Position numbers and translations under genes: made by a program. This document shows positions 48,813 to 58,904 of a DNA stretch of 64,000 nt, piece by piece (the stretch's first letter is position 1; each line of letters starts with the position of its first letter). Source of the DNA: a virus (lineage: Duplodnaviria; Caudoviricetes); the IMG/VR virus record IMGVR_UViG_3300002092_001784, positions 1 through 64,000 of that record; one strand, 5' to 3'. The notes beneath the pieces were generated by a model. The model worked only from the letters and a program-made list of their open reading frames with translations. It was not told the DNA's origin and ran no database searches.

Positions 48813-49739
48813 ATGGATCATGAATTTTTAAGATTAAGTTACGAAGAACAACAACGATATGTTAATATGGTGGCTGGCTATCTACTGAGCGCTATAAAGC
48901 GTAGTGCAAAGGGTGCAAAAGATAAAGATCGAACTTCTGGTCGAATGGATGCTTTGGCCATTACAATTACATTAGATGATTTAAAAAATAAATTATGGAA
49001 ATCAAATTGCTGTTGTTCCATTACTAGAAAGCCGTTTCCAATTGTAGATAGTTCTGTATATTTTTCGAAGTCCAAGGCACGTTCAATTGGAAACTGTGGG
49101 TTAGAATCTCCATCGGCAGACCGAATTGATTCGGCTGGATTTTATTCAAACGAAAATGTTCAGATAACATATAGGTCAATAAATCTATTAAAATCAACGT
49201 ATTCCAACGAAGAAACAAATACTCATTTATTAAAAATAAACACAAACCCTATGAACGTAAATCAGTTAAAAACAAACACAAATCGTATGAATCATCCAGA
49301 AGTTTTAAGAGAATTGGTATTAACTTTACCATTTGAACAACAAACCCAAGTCATAACTTTAATCGGTCGAAATGATATTGAAAACGCTGATTTTGTGAAT
49401 GGTATGAAAAAGTTGTTTGGTTATATTGGTGTGAATGTAAATCGAATTACTTCGAATGTAACCAATACACATATTAAAAAGTATAAATCAAAAGATGTAA
49501 AACCGATTGTCCGATATATGGAAGACAACTCCAAATTAATATCTAATATTGATAATTCTTATATTAATGTTTCCAAATTACATGTGGGGAAGAACGGTAC
49601 TGATAAATACAGATTGGCATCATCAAAAATAGGTAATCTGATTATGGAAAATAAACCACAACTATTCAAAATTTGGGCAACTAACAATAAATTTGATTTT
49701 TTAATCAAAAAATCAGATTATGATATTTTAATTGGCTGA
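48813..49739 (+). CDS. His-Me-finger-like endonuclease domain + unknown C-terminal domain
   Basis: C.IT...F...PSADRIDS...Y...NVQI...IN..K. Start moved to ATG 48813, downstream of the promoter. Confidence 0.55.
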   Translation: MDHEFLRLSYEEQQRYVNMVAGYLLSAIKRSAKGAKDKDRTSGRMDALAITITLDDLKNKLWKSNCCCSITRKPFPIVDSSVYFSKSKARSIGNCGLESPSADRIDSAGFYSNENVQITYRSINLLKSTYSNEETNTHLLKINTNPMNVNQLKTNTNRMNHPEVLRELVLTLPFEQQTQVITLIGRNDIENADFVNGMKKLFGYIGVNVNRITSNVTNTHIKKYKSKDVKPIVRYMEDNSKLISNIDNSYINVSKLHVGKNGTDKYRLASSKIGNLIMENKPQLFKIWATNNKFDFLIKKSDYDILIG

Positions 49740-49768
49740 TACTAAACTAAAACAATTATGAAATATTG

Positions 49769-50884
49769 ATGAATTTTTGGGAAGGTCAAATTAGTAAAGA
49801 TGCTAGAAAAGTGTTGGTGATACCGAATATCACCAACTCTAGCAATATAGAGAAAGATTCATTCGTAGATGTTATTTACAACCACATAAAGGGGTTAGAG
49901 CAATACGGTGAATACTTTTGGAATATCATATTGCCAGAACCGGTTAAGAAGTTGAATTTACCCAATGTAAAGCAACATGTCTTACCATTTTCTGGTGATA
50001 TGATAAAAATGCGTACATATCCACCTGATATGAATCGTATTCTTGAGCAAGTAGACTATGATGTAATATATTCACATTTACCCGATTGGCCGCAGGTTGG
50101 TAGATACCGAAACAATTTTGATACAAAAATAATTGGGTATTGTCATTGGTGGGAAATGAAAACTTGCAATGCGGAAGATCGAAAGAATAAATGGCGATGG
50201 TTACCAGTTGAATTGTTAGGTATATCACAAATGGAAACTTGTTATTTGAATACTCAAGATCAAAAGAATAGAGTTTTAGCCGAAGCAAGTGATACTTTCA
50301 ATAGTGAGTTTGTTGCTAAATTAGACTCAATATTAACAGTATGGAATTTGGGATTACCAAAAGATAAAATAGTTGATAACGCATCAAATGATAAATCTAA
50401 CATAATCGTATTCAATCATAGAGCAGCTGCATATAAGGGATATCCTGATTTTATTAAGTTGATGGTAGAGTATCGTGAAAAAAGACAAGATTTTAGCGTA
50501 TGGGTGCCTCAATTAAATGGTACTCCATCTGAAAATTGGATTGATAATACGAAGATGCCAAAGCATGAATATTATAAACGATTACAGCAATGTAAGGTTG
50601 GTGTGCAGATGAGGCAAACTAATTACGGTTGGAGTGTATCGGGTACAGATTGCATGATGAACGGTACACCTATGATTTTTCAAGATTCCCTTTGTTATAG
50701 AGAAATAGACCCAAATGGTATGTTTTTCAAATACAAAAAAGACTTTTTCGAAATGTTGGACAAAATGTTAGATGATGAATCTTTCAGAAAAGAACATGAA
50801 GTTAGGAGTATAAATAGAGCAATCGAACTTTCAGCCAATGAAGGTATAATGCTTGCTGAATTACACAAAAAACTAAATAGCTAA
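49769..50884 (+). CDS. GT-B fold glycosyltransferase (GT4-like)
   Basis: IVFNHR...YKG, YYKRLQQC.VG and GWS.S.TD.MM.GTP (variant of the EX7E region); starts MNFW. Confidence 0.7.
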   Translation: MNFWEGQISKDARKVLVIPNITNSSNIEKDSFVDVIYNHIKGLEQYGEYFWNIILPEPVKKLNLPNVKQHVLPFSGDMIKMRTYPPDMNRILEQVDYDVIYSHLPDWPQVGRYRNNFDTKIIGYCHWWEMKTCNAEDRKNKWRWLPVELLGISQMETCYLNTQDQKNRVLAEASDTFNSEFVAKLDSILTVWNLGLPKDKIVDNASNDKSNIIVFNHRAAAYKGYPDFIKLMVEYREKRQDFSVWVPQLNGTPSENWIDNTKMPKHEYYKRLQQCKVGVQMRQTNYGWSVSGTDCMMNGTPMIFQDSLCYREIDPNGMFFKYKKDFFEMLDKMLDDESFRKEHEVRSINRAIELSANEGIMLAELHKKLNS

Positions 50885-53406
50885 TGGCATATCAAAACAT
50901 TTATTTTCAGAGAAATCAAAATCTAATGCACATTTGGGATGATCATCGGGGATATAGGACATTTCCGTATTCTCGTTATGCATATCAAAAAGACCCAAAT
51001 GGACAATTTACGTCTTTATATGGCGATAAACTTACTAAAATTTTCAAATTTTCAAAGGATGATCCAAATTTATTCGAATCCGATGTCCCAGAAACTACAC
51101 GGGTTTTGGTAGATACATATACGGATAGTGATTTACCATCGGAAGGACATATCATTTTAACATATGATATTGAGGTTGAAATGGATTCCGGTCTTCCTGA
51201 TGTTCAGAAGGCTGAAAATGAAATAACTGCTATTGGTTTGCATGATTCTGCTACAAACCATTATTGGGTATTGATTATGGATAAAGCCGGTAAGATGGAT
51301 GGTGTTGAAACTGGAAACCGAACCGTTATACCGTTTAGATACGAAGATGATTTATTATTAAAATACATTGATTTGTATGAGGAAATAAATCCAACAATCG
51401 TTACTGGATGGAATATTGATAATTTTGATACTCCGTTTTTATACAATAGAATAAAAAGATTATTGGGTGAGAAGCAAGCCAATCGTTTATCGCCGATTGG
51501 TGAGGTGTTCTGGTCACCATATCGTAAACGATATTTTATTGCCGGTGTATCTTATTTGGATTACATTGAATTGTATAAGAACTTTACATATTCGGAGTTA
51601 GCAAATTACCGCTTGGACAGTATTGCTAATATCGAATTGGGTAGAGGAAAACTTGAGTATACTGGAAATTTGGATAACCTGTTTAAGACAGACCCTAATA
51701 AGTTTATAGAATACAACATTACTGACGTTGAGTTGGTGGTTAGTATGGATGCTAAATTACAATTCATTGATTTGTGTAGAGGTATATGCCATGCAGGCCA
51801 CGTTCCGTATGAAGATTTTGTATATTCATCGAAATACCTTGAAGGCGCTATTCTTTGTTATTTGAAACGAAGGGGTATTGTTGCTCCTAACAAACCTGCG
51901 GATAGGCAGGAAAGGATGCAGGCTCTTAAAGATAATGAGCAAGAAAAGTTCATTGGTGCATATGTGAAGGCACCGATAGTTGGTAAGTATGAATGGGTGT
52001 ATGACTTAGACTTAACATCGCTATATCCATCTATCATTATGGGTGTAAATATATCACCGGAAACCAAAGTTGCTAAGATTTCGAATTGGGACTCTTCAAA
52101 GTATATGAAGGGCGAGATTGATACATTTAATATTGATGGACAATCCATTACCAACGATAACCTTAAACTGATGTTGCAAGAGGAAAAATATACTATTTCA
52201 TCAAACGGTGTATTATATCGGACAGATAAAGTAGGTTGTATACCTGATATTTTGGATTTATGGTTCAATCAGCGTGTTGAATTTCGTAAGTTAGAAAAGA
52301 AATACGGTGAAGAAGGTGATAAGGTACAACATGCATTTTATAAAAGGAGACAGCATGTTCAGAAGATTTTGCTTAATTCACTTTATGGTGTATTAGGTTT
52401 GCCAGCGTTTCGTTTCTACGATGTTGATAATGCAGAAGCAGTTACAACTTCTGGGCAGATGGTTATTAAATCAACTGCGGATATGGCTAACATCAAATAT
52501 AACAAAGAATTGGGAACGGGTGATGCAGATTATAATATTTACATCGATACGGATTCCATTTTCTTTAGTGCAGTGCCGATTTTGGATTTCCGATATGCGG
52601 ATTGGAGAAGTGGTACTCAAGAAGATATAGCAAAATTGGTTGATACTGTTGCAGGTGAAACGCAAGATTATCTGAATAATTTTTATAACATTTTAGCGGA
52701 GAGGGTATTTAATATTCCAAAAGGTAAACATCGTTTTCAGATTAAGAAAGAGTTTGTATCCAGAAGTGCAATTTGGTTAGCTAAGAAACGATATGCTATG
52801 GCAATTGTAGCTGAAAATGGATTACCAATAAATAGGTTGGATGTAAAGGGATTAGACGTTGTACGTTCATCATATCCTGCACAGTTCCGTAAATTTATGA
52901 GTGAGGTATTGATTGATATTCTGAATGGTAAAACAGAAAATGAGTTGAGTGATAAGATATATTACTTTAAGTTGGACCTTAGAAATATGGATGCCGTTTC
53001 AATAGCTAAAAATTCGGCAGTAAAAGAATTATCGAAGTATATTCCGAAAGGAAAGCAAACGGCAATGTTTCGATTTAATTCCGGTACTCCTGCGCATGTG
53101 AAGGCGGCAATTGCATTTAATCAATTAATTAAACATTTTAATTGTCCTACAAGTATTGAACCAATGCGTGATGGTGATAAGATAAAATGGATGTATCTGA
53201 AACAAAATCCGTATGGGTTGGATGCCGTTGGGTTTAAGGGATACGAAGACCCGACAGAAATAATTGAGTTCATAAAAACATATGCTGATTATGATGAAGT
53301 ATTTGAACGTGAACTTCTAGGTAAGTTGGAAGATTTCTATACCGCATTGAAGTGGGGTTCGCCGTTAGGTAGCACGAAAGTCTCAGAACAATTTTTTCAA
53401 TTTTAA
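50884..53406 (+). CDS. Family B DNA polymerase (gp43-like)
   Basis: Exonuclease YDIEV/GWN...FD; DLTSLYPS, KILLNSLYG, YIDTDS motifs. Confidence 0.95.
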   Translation: MAYQNIYFQRNQNLMHIWDDHRGYRTFPYSRYAYQKDPNGQFTSLYGDKLTKIFKFSKDDPNLFESDVPETTRVLVDTYTDSDLPSEGHIILTYDIEVEMDSGLPDVQKAENEITAIGLHDSATNHYWVLIMDKAGKMDGVETGNRTVIPFRYEDDLLLKYIDLYEEINPTIVTGWNIDNFDTPFLYNRIKRLLGEKQANRLSPIGEVFWSPYRKRYFIAGVSYLDYIELYKNFTYSELANYRLDSIANIELGRGKLEYTGNLDNLFKTDPNKFIEYNITDVELVVSMDAKLQFIDLCRGICHAGHVPYEDFVYSSKYLEGAILCYLKRRGIVAPNKPADRQERMQALKDNEQEKFIGAYVKAPIVGKYEWVYDLDLTSLYPSIIMGVNISPETKVAKISNWDSSKYMKGEIDTFNIDGQSITNDNLKLMLQEEKYTISSNGVLYRTDKVGCIPDILDLWFNQRVEFRKLEKKYGEEGDKVQHAFYKRRQHVQKILLNSLYGVLGLPAFRFYDVDNAEAVTTSGQMVIKSTADMANIKYNKELGTGDADYNIYIDTDSIFFSAVPILDFRYADWRSGTQEDIAKLVDTVAGETQDYLNNFYNILAERVFNIPKGKHRFQIKKEFVSRSAIWLAKKRYAMAIVAENGLPINRLDVKGLDVVRSSYPAQFRKFMSEVLIDILNGKTENELSDKIYYFKLDLRNMDAVSIAKNSAVKELSKYIPKGKQTAMFRFNSGTPAHVKAAIAFNQLIKHFNCPTSIEPMRDGDKIKWMYLKQNPYGLDAVGFKGYEDPTEIIEFIKTYADYDEVFERELLGKLEDFYTALKWGSPLGSTKVSEQFFQF

Positions 53407-53409
53407 TAT

Positions 53410-54372
53410 ATGAAAGTTACAGTTGTAATTAGAACATATAATAGGACTGATTTTTTGAAGCAGTGTCTTGCTTCAGTGAAGTTGCAAACACATACCGATT
53501 GGGAAGTTTTAATATTTGATGATGGTGGTAGTGATGCTAATTTTGAAATATACAATAAATTTAAGGCAGAAAATTCCGATAAACGAATAGTATATCTAAC
53601 AACACACACTGCGTATGAACTATTTTGTAATTCATGGTTACTTGCTCCCAATTTGGCAACGGGTGATATTATGGTTAGGTTGGATGATGATGATCTATTA
53701 GCAGAAGATTGTTTGAGTTACATATCCGATTTATATGAACGAAATGAAGATTTAGATTTCACATACGGAACTGCGGTTACATTTGATGGTGATAATCTTA
53801 TGACTATGATGGATACAATGAATCCACAAGAAGCACCTAAAACTCAAACTGCATGGGCTGGTTATACTATACCAAATAATCATCCATGGAGAGACCCGTT
53901 TTGTTGGTATGAGAATTATTATGAAGAACCTCAACCATTTACATCTATAATCCATTGTAGTAAATCGAATATAATGTGCATTTATCATTTATATTCAATG
54001 AGAACTGAATCGGTCAGACGTGTGAAGGATAAGATTACAGTAACTTCTAAATATGTAGATGATTTGGAATTTTTAGGAAGTTTGGATTATTTGGGATTAA
54101 CACATACATCAATACATAAAATACTTTCTTATGTTAGAGAGCATGATACAGGTAGGGTATCTGATAGGGGTAAGTTAACCGATGGTACTACATTGTGGGA
54201 TGATATACTGAGAATTAGAGATAAAGTAGATTATTTAAGACCTGCTGGATTTCAATCAAGAGTAATACCAATCAACGCAACCAATAATACCAATAACGGT
54301 ATTACCTATGAGTTACAAAATACGTTCTCACACTATTATAGTAGAATAAAATTCAAATCTTTAGTATATTAA
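53410..54372 (+). CDS. GT-A fold glycosyltransferase (GT2-like)
   Basis: VVIRTYNR, FDDGG.D and RLDDDD motifs. Confidence 0.85.
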   Translation: MKVTVVIRTYNRTDFLKQCLASVKLQTHTDWEVLIFDDGGSDANFEIYNKFKAENSDKRIVYLTTHTAYELFCNSWLLAPNLATGDIMVRLDDDDLLAEDCLSYISDLYERNEDLDFTYGTAVTFDGDNLMTMMDTMNPQEAPKTQTAWAGYTIPNNHPWRDPFCWYENYYEEPQPFTSIIHCSKSNIMCIYHLYSMRTESVRRVKDKITVTSKYVDDLEFLGSLDYLGLTHTSIHKILSYVREHDTGRVSDRGKLTDGTTLWDDILRIRDKVDYLRPAGFQSRVIPINATNNTNNGITYELQNTFSHYYSRIKFKSLVY

Positions 54373-54404
54373 TTTGGAAATACGAATAATTTTTCGTATA
54401 TTTG
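54373..54404 (+). promoter_or_regulatory. Bacteroidota-type promoter
   Basis: TTTG-N20-TATATTTG. Confidence 0.8.
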
Positions 54405-54439
54405 TACAGAATATAAAATTTAACAATAAACTTTGAAAC

Positions 54440-55135
54440 ATGAAAAGAGCAAAACTCGATGGTTTTATTAATCGTTACAATTTGGGTGGCGAAATTGAGT
54501 CTGTTATGATTAAATCAACAGATGAAAAATTATCAGTCCGTATGATTTCGGATGATAAAACATTATTGGGAACAGTATCTATGTTGGATACTGAATTTCC
54601 TACGGGAGAATTTGGAATTTATACAACTTCCCAATTGAAGGGATTACTGAATGTATTGGATGATGGCATCACCGTAGAGGAAGTTACAGGTGCATTAAAA
54701 TTTTCGGATAAGAAAACCAAAATGCAATATATGTTGGCAGCGCCATCGGTTATTCCATCCGTACCAGAACTTAAAGCATTACCTGCATTTGAAGCAGAAA
54801 TTGCATTGAATGATGAATTTGTAAATAAGTTCATTAAATCTACCGGAGCATTATCTGATTCTCTTACATTTACATTCACCTACAAAAAAGGTGTTGGTGA
54901 GATTATTTTAGGATATTCATCTATCAATTCAAATCGTATTGCTATTGATACTGATACGAAATCGGAAGTTGATATTGAACCAATTGCGTTTTCATCAAAA
55001 TATCTGAAAGCTATTCTTAATGCAAATCGGGGTGCTAAAACATCTTCATTGAAGATTTCATCTAAGGGGTTGGCAGCTGTTTCATTTGAGGCAGATGAAT
55101 ATACTACCCAGTATTATCTTGTTGAAGTAAAATAA
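54440..55135 (+). CDS. Sliding clamp (gp45/PCNA-like)
   Basis: 231 aa two-domain alpha/beta pattern, FGIY...L..LL and F...YL..IL motifs; lies near PolB and the clamp loader. Confidence 0.7.
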   Translation: MKRAKLDGFINRYNLGGEIESVMIKSTDEKLSVRMISDDKTLLGTVSMLDTEFPTGEFGIYTTSQLKGLLNVLDDGITVEEVTGALKFSDKKTKMQYMLAAPSVIPSVPELKALPAFEAEIALNDEFVNKFIKSTGALSDSLTFTFTYKKGVGEIILGYSSINSNRIAIDTDTKSEVDIEPIAFSSKYLKAILNANRGAKTSSLKISSKGLAAVSFEADEYTTQYYLVEVK

Positions 55136-55150
55136 TTAAAATCATAAAGT

Positions 55151-56365
55151 ATGAATTTTTGGGATACTGAACCACAAACACCTGTTTTTGATTTTGATAT
55201 TGAAAAACAGAAATTGATTGAAAATATGGATTATCTGTTTGCAATGTCCGTTCAAGAACAGACACTTTATAAAAAATGGGTGGAGCTCCAAGAACCTACC
55301 ATGCAGAAAGATAAATCCCAAATATCCACATATTATGATATGCAATGGAAACCAACCGATATCAATAATAAGGAACTAACGATTGCCGAAATTCAATCGT
55401 TAGAACCTTATGTTGAGATTGTGGATGATAATGCTGCCGAATCTACCAAATGGGCTCAAATCCGTAGAATGATTCATACAATGGATTTTACGGCAAACCC
55501 CGGTAGAAATGTGAAAATCAATGTAAAGGATAGAAAGACGGGTAAGTTATTGGGTCAAATTTCTCTTGCATCGGATGTTACATCATTGGGGGTGCGTGAT
55601 GAATATATTGGGTGGACTAAGGATGACAAATTCAAAAAAGGTAAACTGAATCACACTACCATTGCATCTACTATTGTATGTACACAGCCATTGGGATATA
55701 ACTTTTTGGGTGGTAAACTGATAGCTATGATGTGTACTGTACCTGAAGTTAGAGAACATTGGAAGAAAAAATACGATAATACTTTAATCGCAGTTGGAAC
55801 AACTTCGTTATATGGTATCAATTCTCAGTACACAGGCCTTCCACTTTTCAAAACTTTGGGTGAAAGTAAAGGTAAGATCAGTATAAAACCTGATGATAAA
55901 TTTTATGATCCATGGCACCAATGGTTAAAAGAAAATCGTACAGAGTGGTATAAGAAAAACATAACAGAAGAGCGTGAACGAAATGGCGCTAATATGGGTT
56001 ATGAACGAAATGGACCTGTTAGTGGCATCAAACAAAAGATTCTTACACAAATTTTCAAAGAGTGTGGTATTAAAGCAAATGAATATCATCACGGATTTAA
56101 GCGTGGAATTTATTTGGCTATGATGTACGAAAATGGTAATGATTTTCTTTGTGATAAAATTGGTGAAGACCAACTAAAACTTAGAGATAAGTTTGTGAAG
56201 GGAACAGATTATATTATGGAGTGGTGGAAACGACACGCTATTAGTAGATATACCAAGCTACATACAGAGGGACGTTTGAAACCGGATCATCTTTTTTACA
56301 TCAATGGTATAGGACAAGATTGGGATAGCTTTAAGGCCGAATACTTAGGAGAAGTTGGACGTTAA
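55151..56365 (+). CDS. DUF4338/DruA-like protein
   Basis: PGRN...V.D..TGK.LG.I.L.SD...L..RD.YIGW, P.GYNFLGGKL.A and TTSLYG..SQY motifs; starts MNFW. Confidence 0.7.
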   Translation: MNFWDTEPQTPVFDFDIEKQKLIENMDYLFAMSVQEQTLYKKWVELQEPTMQKDKSQISTYYDMQWKPTDINNKELTIAEIQSLEPYVEIVDDNAAESTKWAQIRRMIHTMDFTANPGRNVKINVKDRKTGKLLGQISLASDVTSLGVRDEYIGWTKDDKFKKGKLNHTTIASTIVCTQPLGYNFLGGKLIAMMCTVPEVREHWKKKYDNTLIAVGTTSLYGINSQYTGLPLFKTLGESKGKISIKPDDKFYDPWHQWLKENRTEWYKKNITEERERNGANMGYERNGPVSGIKQKILTQIFKECGIKANEYHHGFKRGIYLAMMYENGNDFLCDKIGEDQLKLRDKFVKGTDYIMEWWKRHAISRYTKLHTEGRLKPDHLFYINGIGQDWDSFKAEYLGEVGR

Positions 56366-56376
56366 AAACAATAATT

Positions 56377-56556
56377 ATGAAACAGTATGTCAGACTATGG
56401 GGTGATGCTAGTGAGCAATATTTATGGTCATATTTAGAAGATTTGGTTAACAAAGGTTATACGATTATTTCAGTAACTCCAACTGAATGGTATACAAAAC
56501 CATTTAGACCAGACCACTATCAGGTAGTTGAAGCAGTCATTATAGTAAGTAAGTAA
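56377..56556 (+). CDS. Hypothetical 59-aa protein (absent from the ORF track)
   Basis: MKQYVRLWG...VIIVSK* fills the gap exactly. Confidence 0.5.
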   Translation: MKQYVRLWGDASEQYLWSYLEDLVNKGYTIISVTPTEWYTKPFRPDHYQVVEAVIIVSK

Positions 56557-56561
56557 AACGT

Positions 56562-56873
56562 ATGAAAATGGAAGAAACGATAAAAAAATATACAGATTTA
56601 GGAGTACTGCCTGAGAAAGTAGTATATACGCCGCTTTCCTCATTATGTATATGGTCTATAAGTAGAAAGTGTTTAGTTGGGAGTGATGCGAAGTATCCTG
56701 CCGAAGAGTTGGTTAAGGACGGTAAAAACTATAAAATTACTTATGAAAATAACCGTATGGTATCATTACATATTCATACTACTATAAATGCCGATGAGAT
56801 CAATAAATCGGAAGGTATTATAGTTACAGAGTGTGATACATTTTTTCGTTATGAATTTATACCTACAAAATAA
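56562..56873 (+). CDS. Hypothetical protein
   Basis: 103-aa ORF within the operon. Confidence 0.55.
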   Translation: MKMEETIKKYTDLGVLPEKVVYTPLSSLCIWSISRKCLVGSDAKYPAEELVKDGKNYKITYENNRMVSLHIHTTINADEINKSEGIIVTECDTFFRYEFIPTK

Positions 56874-56890
56874 AAATTAAGAAATTAAAT

Positions 56891-57316
56891 ATGAAAGTAA
56901 AAATAAAAAAACTATCAAATACAGCAGTAATACCAACATATTCAAAACCCGGAGATGCTGGATTGGATTTAACCGCAACTGGAATTATAAGTAATACGAC
57001 TTTCGAAATTACATATGGAACTGGTATTGCATTACAAATCCCAGACGGATATGTTGGATTGATATTTCCTCGTTCATCTATACGAAAATACGAATTACAA
57101 CTGAGTAATTCAGTTGGTGTAATAGATAGTGGATACAGGGGAGAGATACAGTTTACATTTAATAAAACAAACAAACTTGATTCGTTCTCGTATCGTGTAG
57201 GTGATAGAATCGGGCAGATTATAATATTACCATATCCACAAATTGAATTTGAAGAAACGGATGAACTATCTGATACGGAAAGAGGTGATGGTGGGTTTGG
57301 GCATACTGGAAAATAA
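56891..57316 (+). CDS. dut: Trimeric dUTPase
   Basis: AGLDL, RSS, GVIDSGYRGEI and RG.GGFGHTG motifs. Confidence 0.95.
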   Translation: MKVKIKKLSNTAVIPTYSKPGDAGLDLTATGIISNTTFEITYGTGIALQIPDGYVGLIFPRSSIRKYELQLSNSVGVIDSGYRGEIQFTFNKTNKLDSFSYRVGDRIGQIIILPYPQIEFEETDELSDTERGDGGFGHTGK

Positions 57317-57324
57317 TACGAATT

Positions 57325-57858
57325 ATGAGTCAAACAATTAAATTATTAAAAGAAGCATTAAAAGATATAGCCGGAGATACTACCGGCTATAAAATTTACT
57401 GTGATATGGATGGTGTTCTTACGGATTTTGATAAACAATTCAAAGATATAACAGGTATACCTGCTAATGAATTTGAAAAAACACATTCTCAAACTGAATT
57501 TTGGGGAGAAGTTGAAAAGGGCGGATTGGAATATTGGACAAAAATGGAATGGATGCCGGGTGGAAAGCAGTTATGGAATTTTATTAAGAACTATGATGTT
57601 GAAATTCTATCAGCTCCATCAAAATCTAAACTTTCAATTATTGGTAAAAAGCAATGGGTATCTGAAAACCTATCACCTAAACCTAAATTGAATTTGGTTA
57701 GAGCCAAAGAAAAACAGAAGTTTGCAAATTCACACGCAATACTAATCGATGATAGACCACAAAATTTAGAACAATGGAAAGCAGCCGGTGGTATTGCAAT
57801 AAAATGTGTGAATGGTGAGGTTAGTTCAGTAATAGATAAATTAAAAAAATATGTTTGA
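57325..57858 (+). CDS. HAD 5'(3')-deoxyribonucleotidase-like protein
   Basis: CDMDGVLTDF, ILSAP and LIDDR..N motifs. Confidence 0.85.
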   Translation: MSQTIKLLKEALKDIAGDTTGYKIYCDMDGVLTDFDKQFKDITGIPANEFEKTHSQTEFWGEVEKGGLEYWTKMEWMPGGKQLWNFIKNYDVEILSAPSKSKLSIIGKKQWVSENLSPKPKLNLVRAKEKQKFANSHAILIDDRPQNLEQWKAAGGIAIKCVNGEVSSVIDKLKKYV

Positions 57859-58792
57859 AACAGTAAACGAAAAGAAAAACAACAGTTTATGGACTGAGTC
57901 ATACCGACCAACCAAATTGGCGGATTACATCGGAAATGAACACTTAAAATCAAAAGTAGAGGGGTATTTGGAATCGGGCGATATACCTCATTTACTGTTA
58001 TATGGCAAAGCTGGAACTGGTAAGACTACATTGGCTAAATTGATTGTAAATTCAATCGATTGTGATATGATGATTATCAACGCATCTGATGAAAACAATG
58101 TTGAAACAGTTAGAACAAAGGTGAAGAACTTTGCATCGTCTATGGGATTCAAACCATTTAAGATTGTTATTTTGGATGAGTTTGATTATATGACTGCAAA
58201 CGCACAGGCGATTCTTCGTAACTTAATGGAAACATTTTCACAGCATTGCCGGTTTATCTTAACGTGTAATTATGTTGAAAAGGTAATTGAACCAATTCAG
58301 AGCAGATGTCAGACATTTCAAATCGTACCGCCAACTAAAAAAGATGTTGCAATTCGGATAAGTCAAATATTGAAAGACCAGAACATAAAGTTTGAGTTGA
58401 AGGATTTGGTTCCTGTTATTGATGCAGCATATCCTGATATTCGTAAGATTATTAATACCTGTCAACTTAATTCTATTAAAGGTGAATTGAAGGTTGATGT
58501 TCAAAATCTGTTAGAGAATGATTATAAGACCAAAATTGTGGACATTCTTACATCTAAAAATGATAAAAGAAATAAGTACATGCAATGCAGGCAAACTCTT
58601 ATTGATTCAAAGGTTACAGATTTTACCGAACTATATACGTTACTTTACGATAAAGTTGACGAATACGGCGGTGAAAATACAGCTAATATCATTTTGATAT
58701 TAGGGGAGAGTGTATATAAGAGTGCGTTGGCAATCGACAAAGAAATCATTGCTGCGGCGACAATTATTAGTATCATTAATCTGATAGGATAA
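57851..58792 (+). CDS. Clamp loader AAA+ subunit (gp44/RFC-small-like)
   Basis: W.E.YRP, GKAGTGKTT, INASD, LDEFD and SRC motifs. Confidence 0.92.
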   Translation: MFETVNEKKNNSLWTESYRPTKLADYIGNEHLKSKVEGYLESGDIPHLLLYGKAGTGKTTLAKLIVNSIDCDMMIINASDENNVETVRTKVKNFASSMGFKPFKIVILDEFDYMTANAQAILRNLMETFSQHCRFILTCNYVEKVIEPIQSRCQTFQIVPPTKKDVAIRISQILKDQNIKFELKDLVPVIDAAYPDIRKIINTCQLNSIKGELKVDVQNLLENDYKTKIVDILTSKNDKRNKYMQCRQTLIDSKVTDFTELYTLLYDKVDEYGGENTANIILILGESVYKSALAIDKEIIAAATIISIINLIG

Positions 58793-58821
58793 TCTACTTT
58801 TTTAATTTGGTAATATTTATA

Positions 58822-58904
58822 TATGTAGGGTCACAGCTACATAAATAACGAATTAAAATATACCCATTGGTGAGTAGAGACTGTGACCTCGAAAGCCTAT
58901 GGGT
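58822..58904 (+). ncRNA. Putative structured RNA: two hairpins with complementary (kissing) loops in the endonuclease 5' UTR
   Basis: TATGTAG/CTACATA stem with loop GGTCACAG, the exact complement of CTGTGACC (58881-88) inside the ACCCATTGG/CCTATGGGT hairpin. Confidence 0.6.

Noticed and set aside
55151-56365. Complete Druantia defence system
   Set aside because: Only the DruA-like gene is present, with no DruE-type helicase or other partners.
58861-58904. Hammerhead ribozyme (CTGTGA...CGAAA)
   Set aside because: It lacks the CUGAnGA core and the three-stem arrangement; kept as an unclassified structured RNA.
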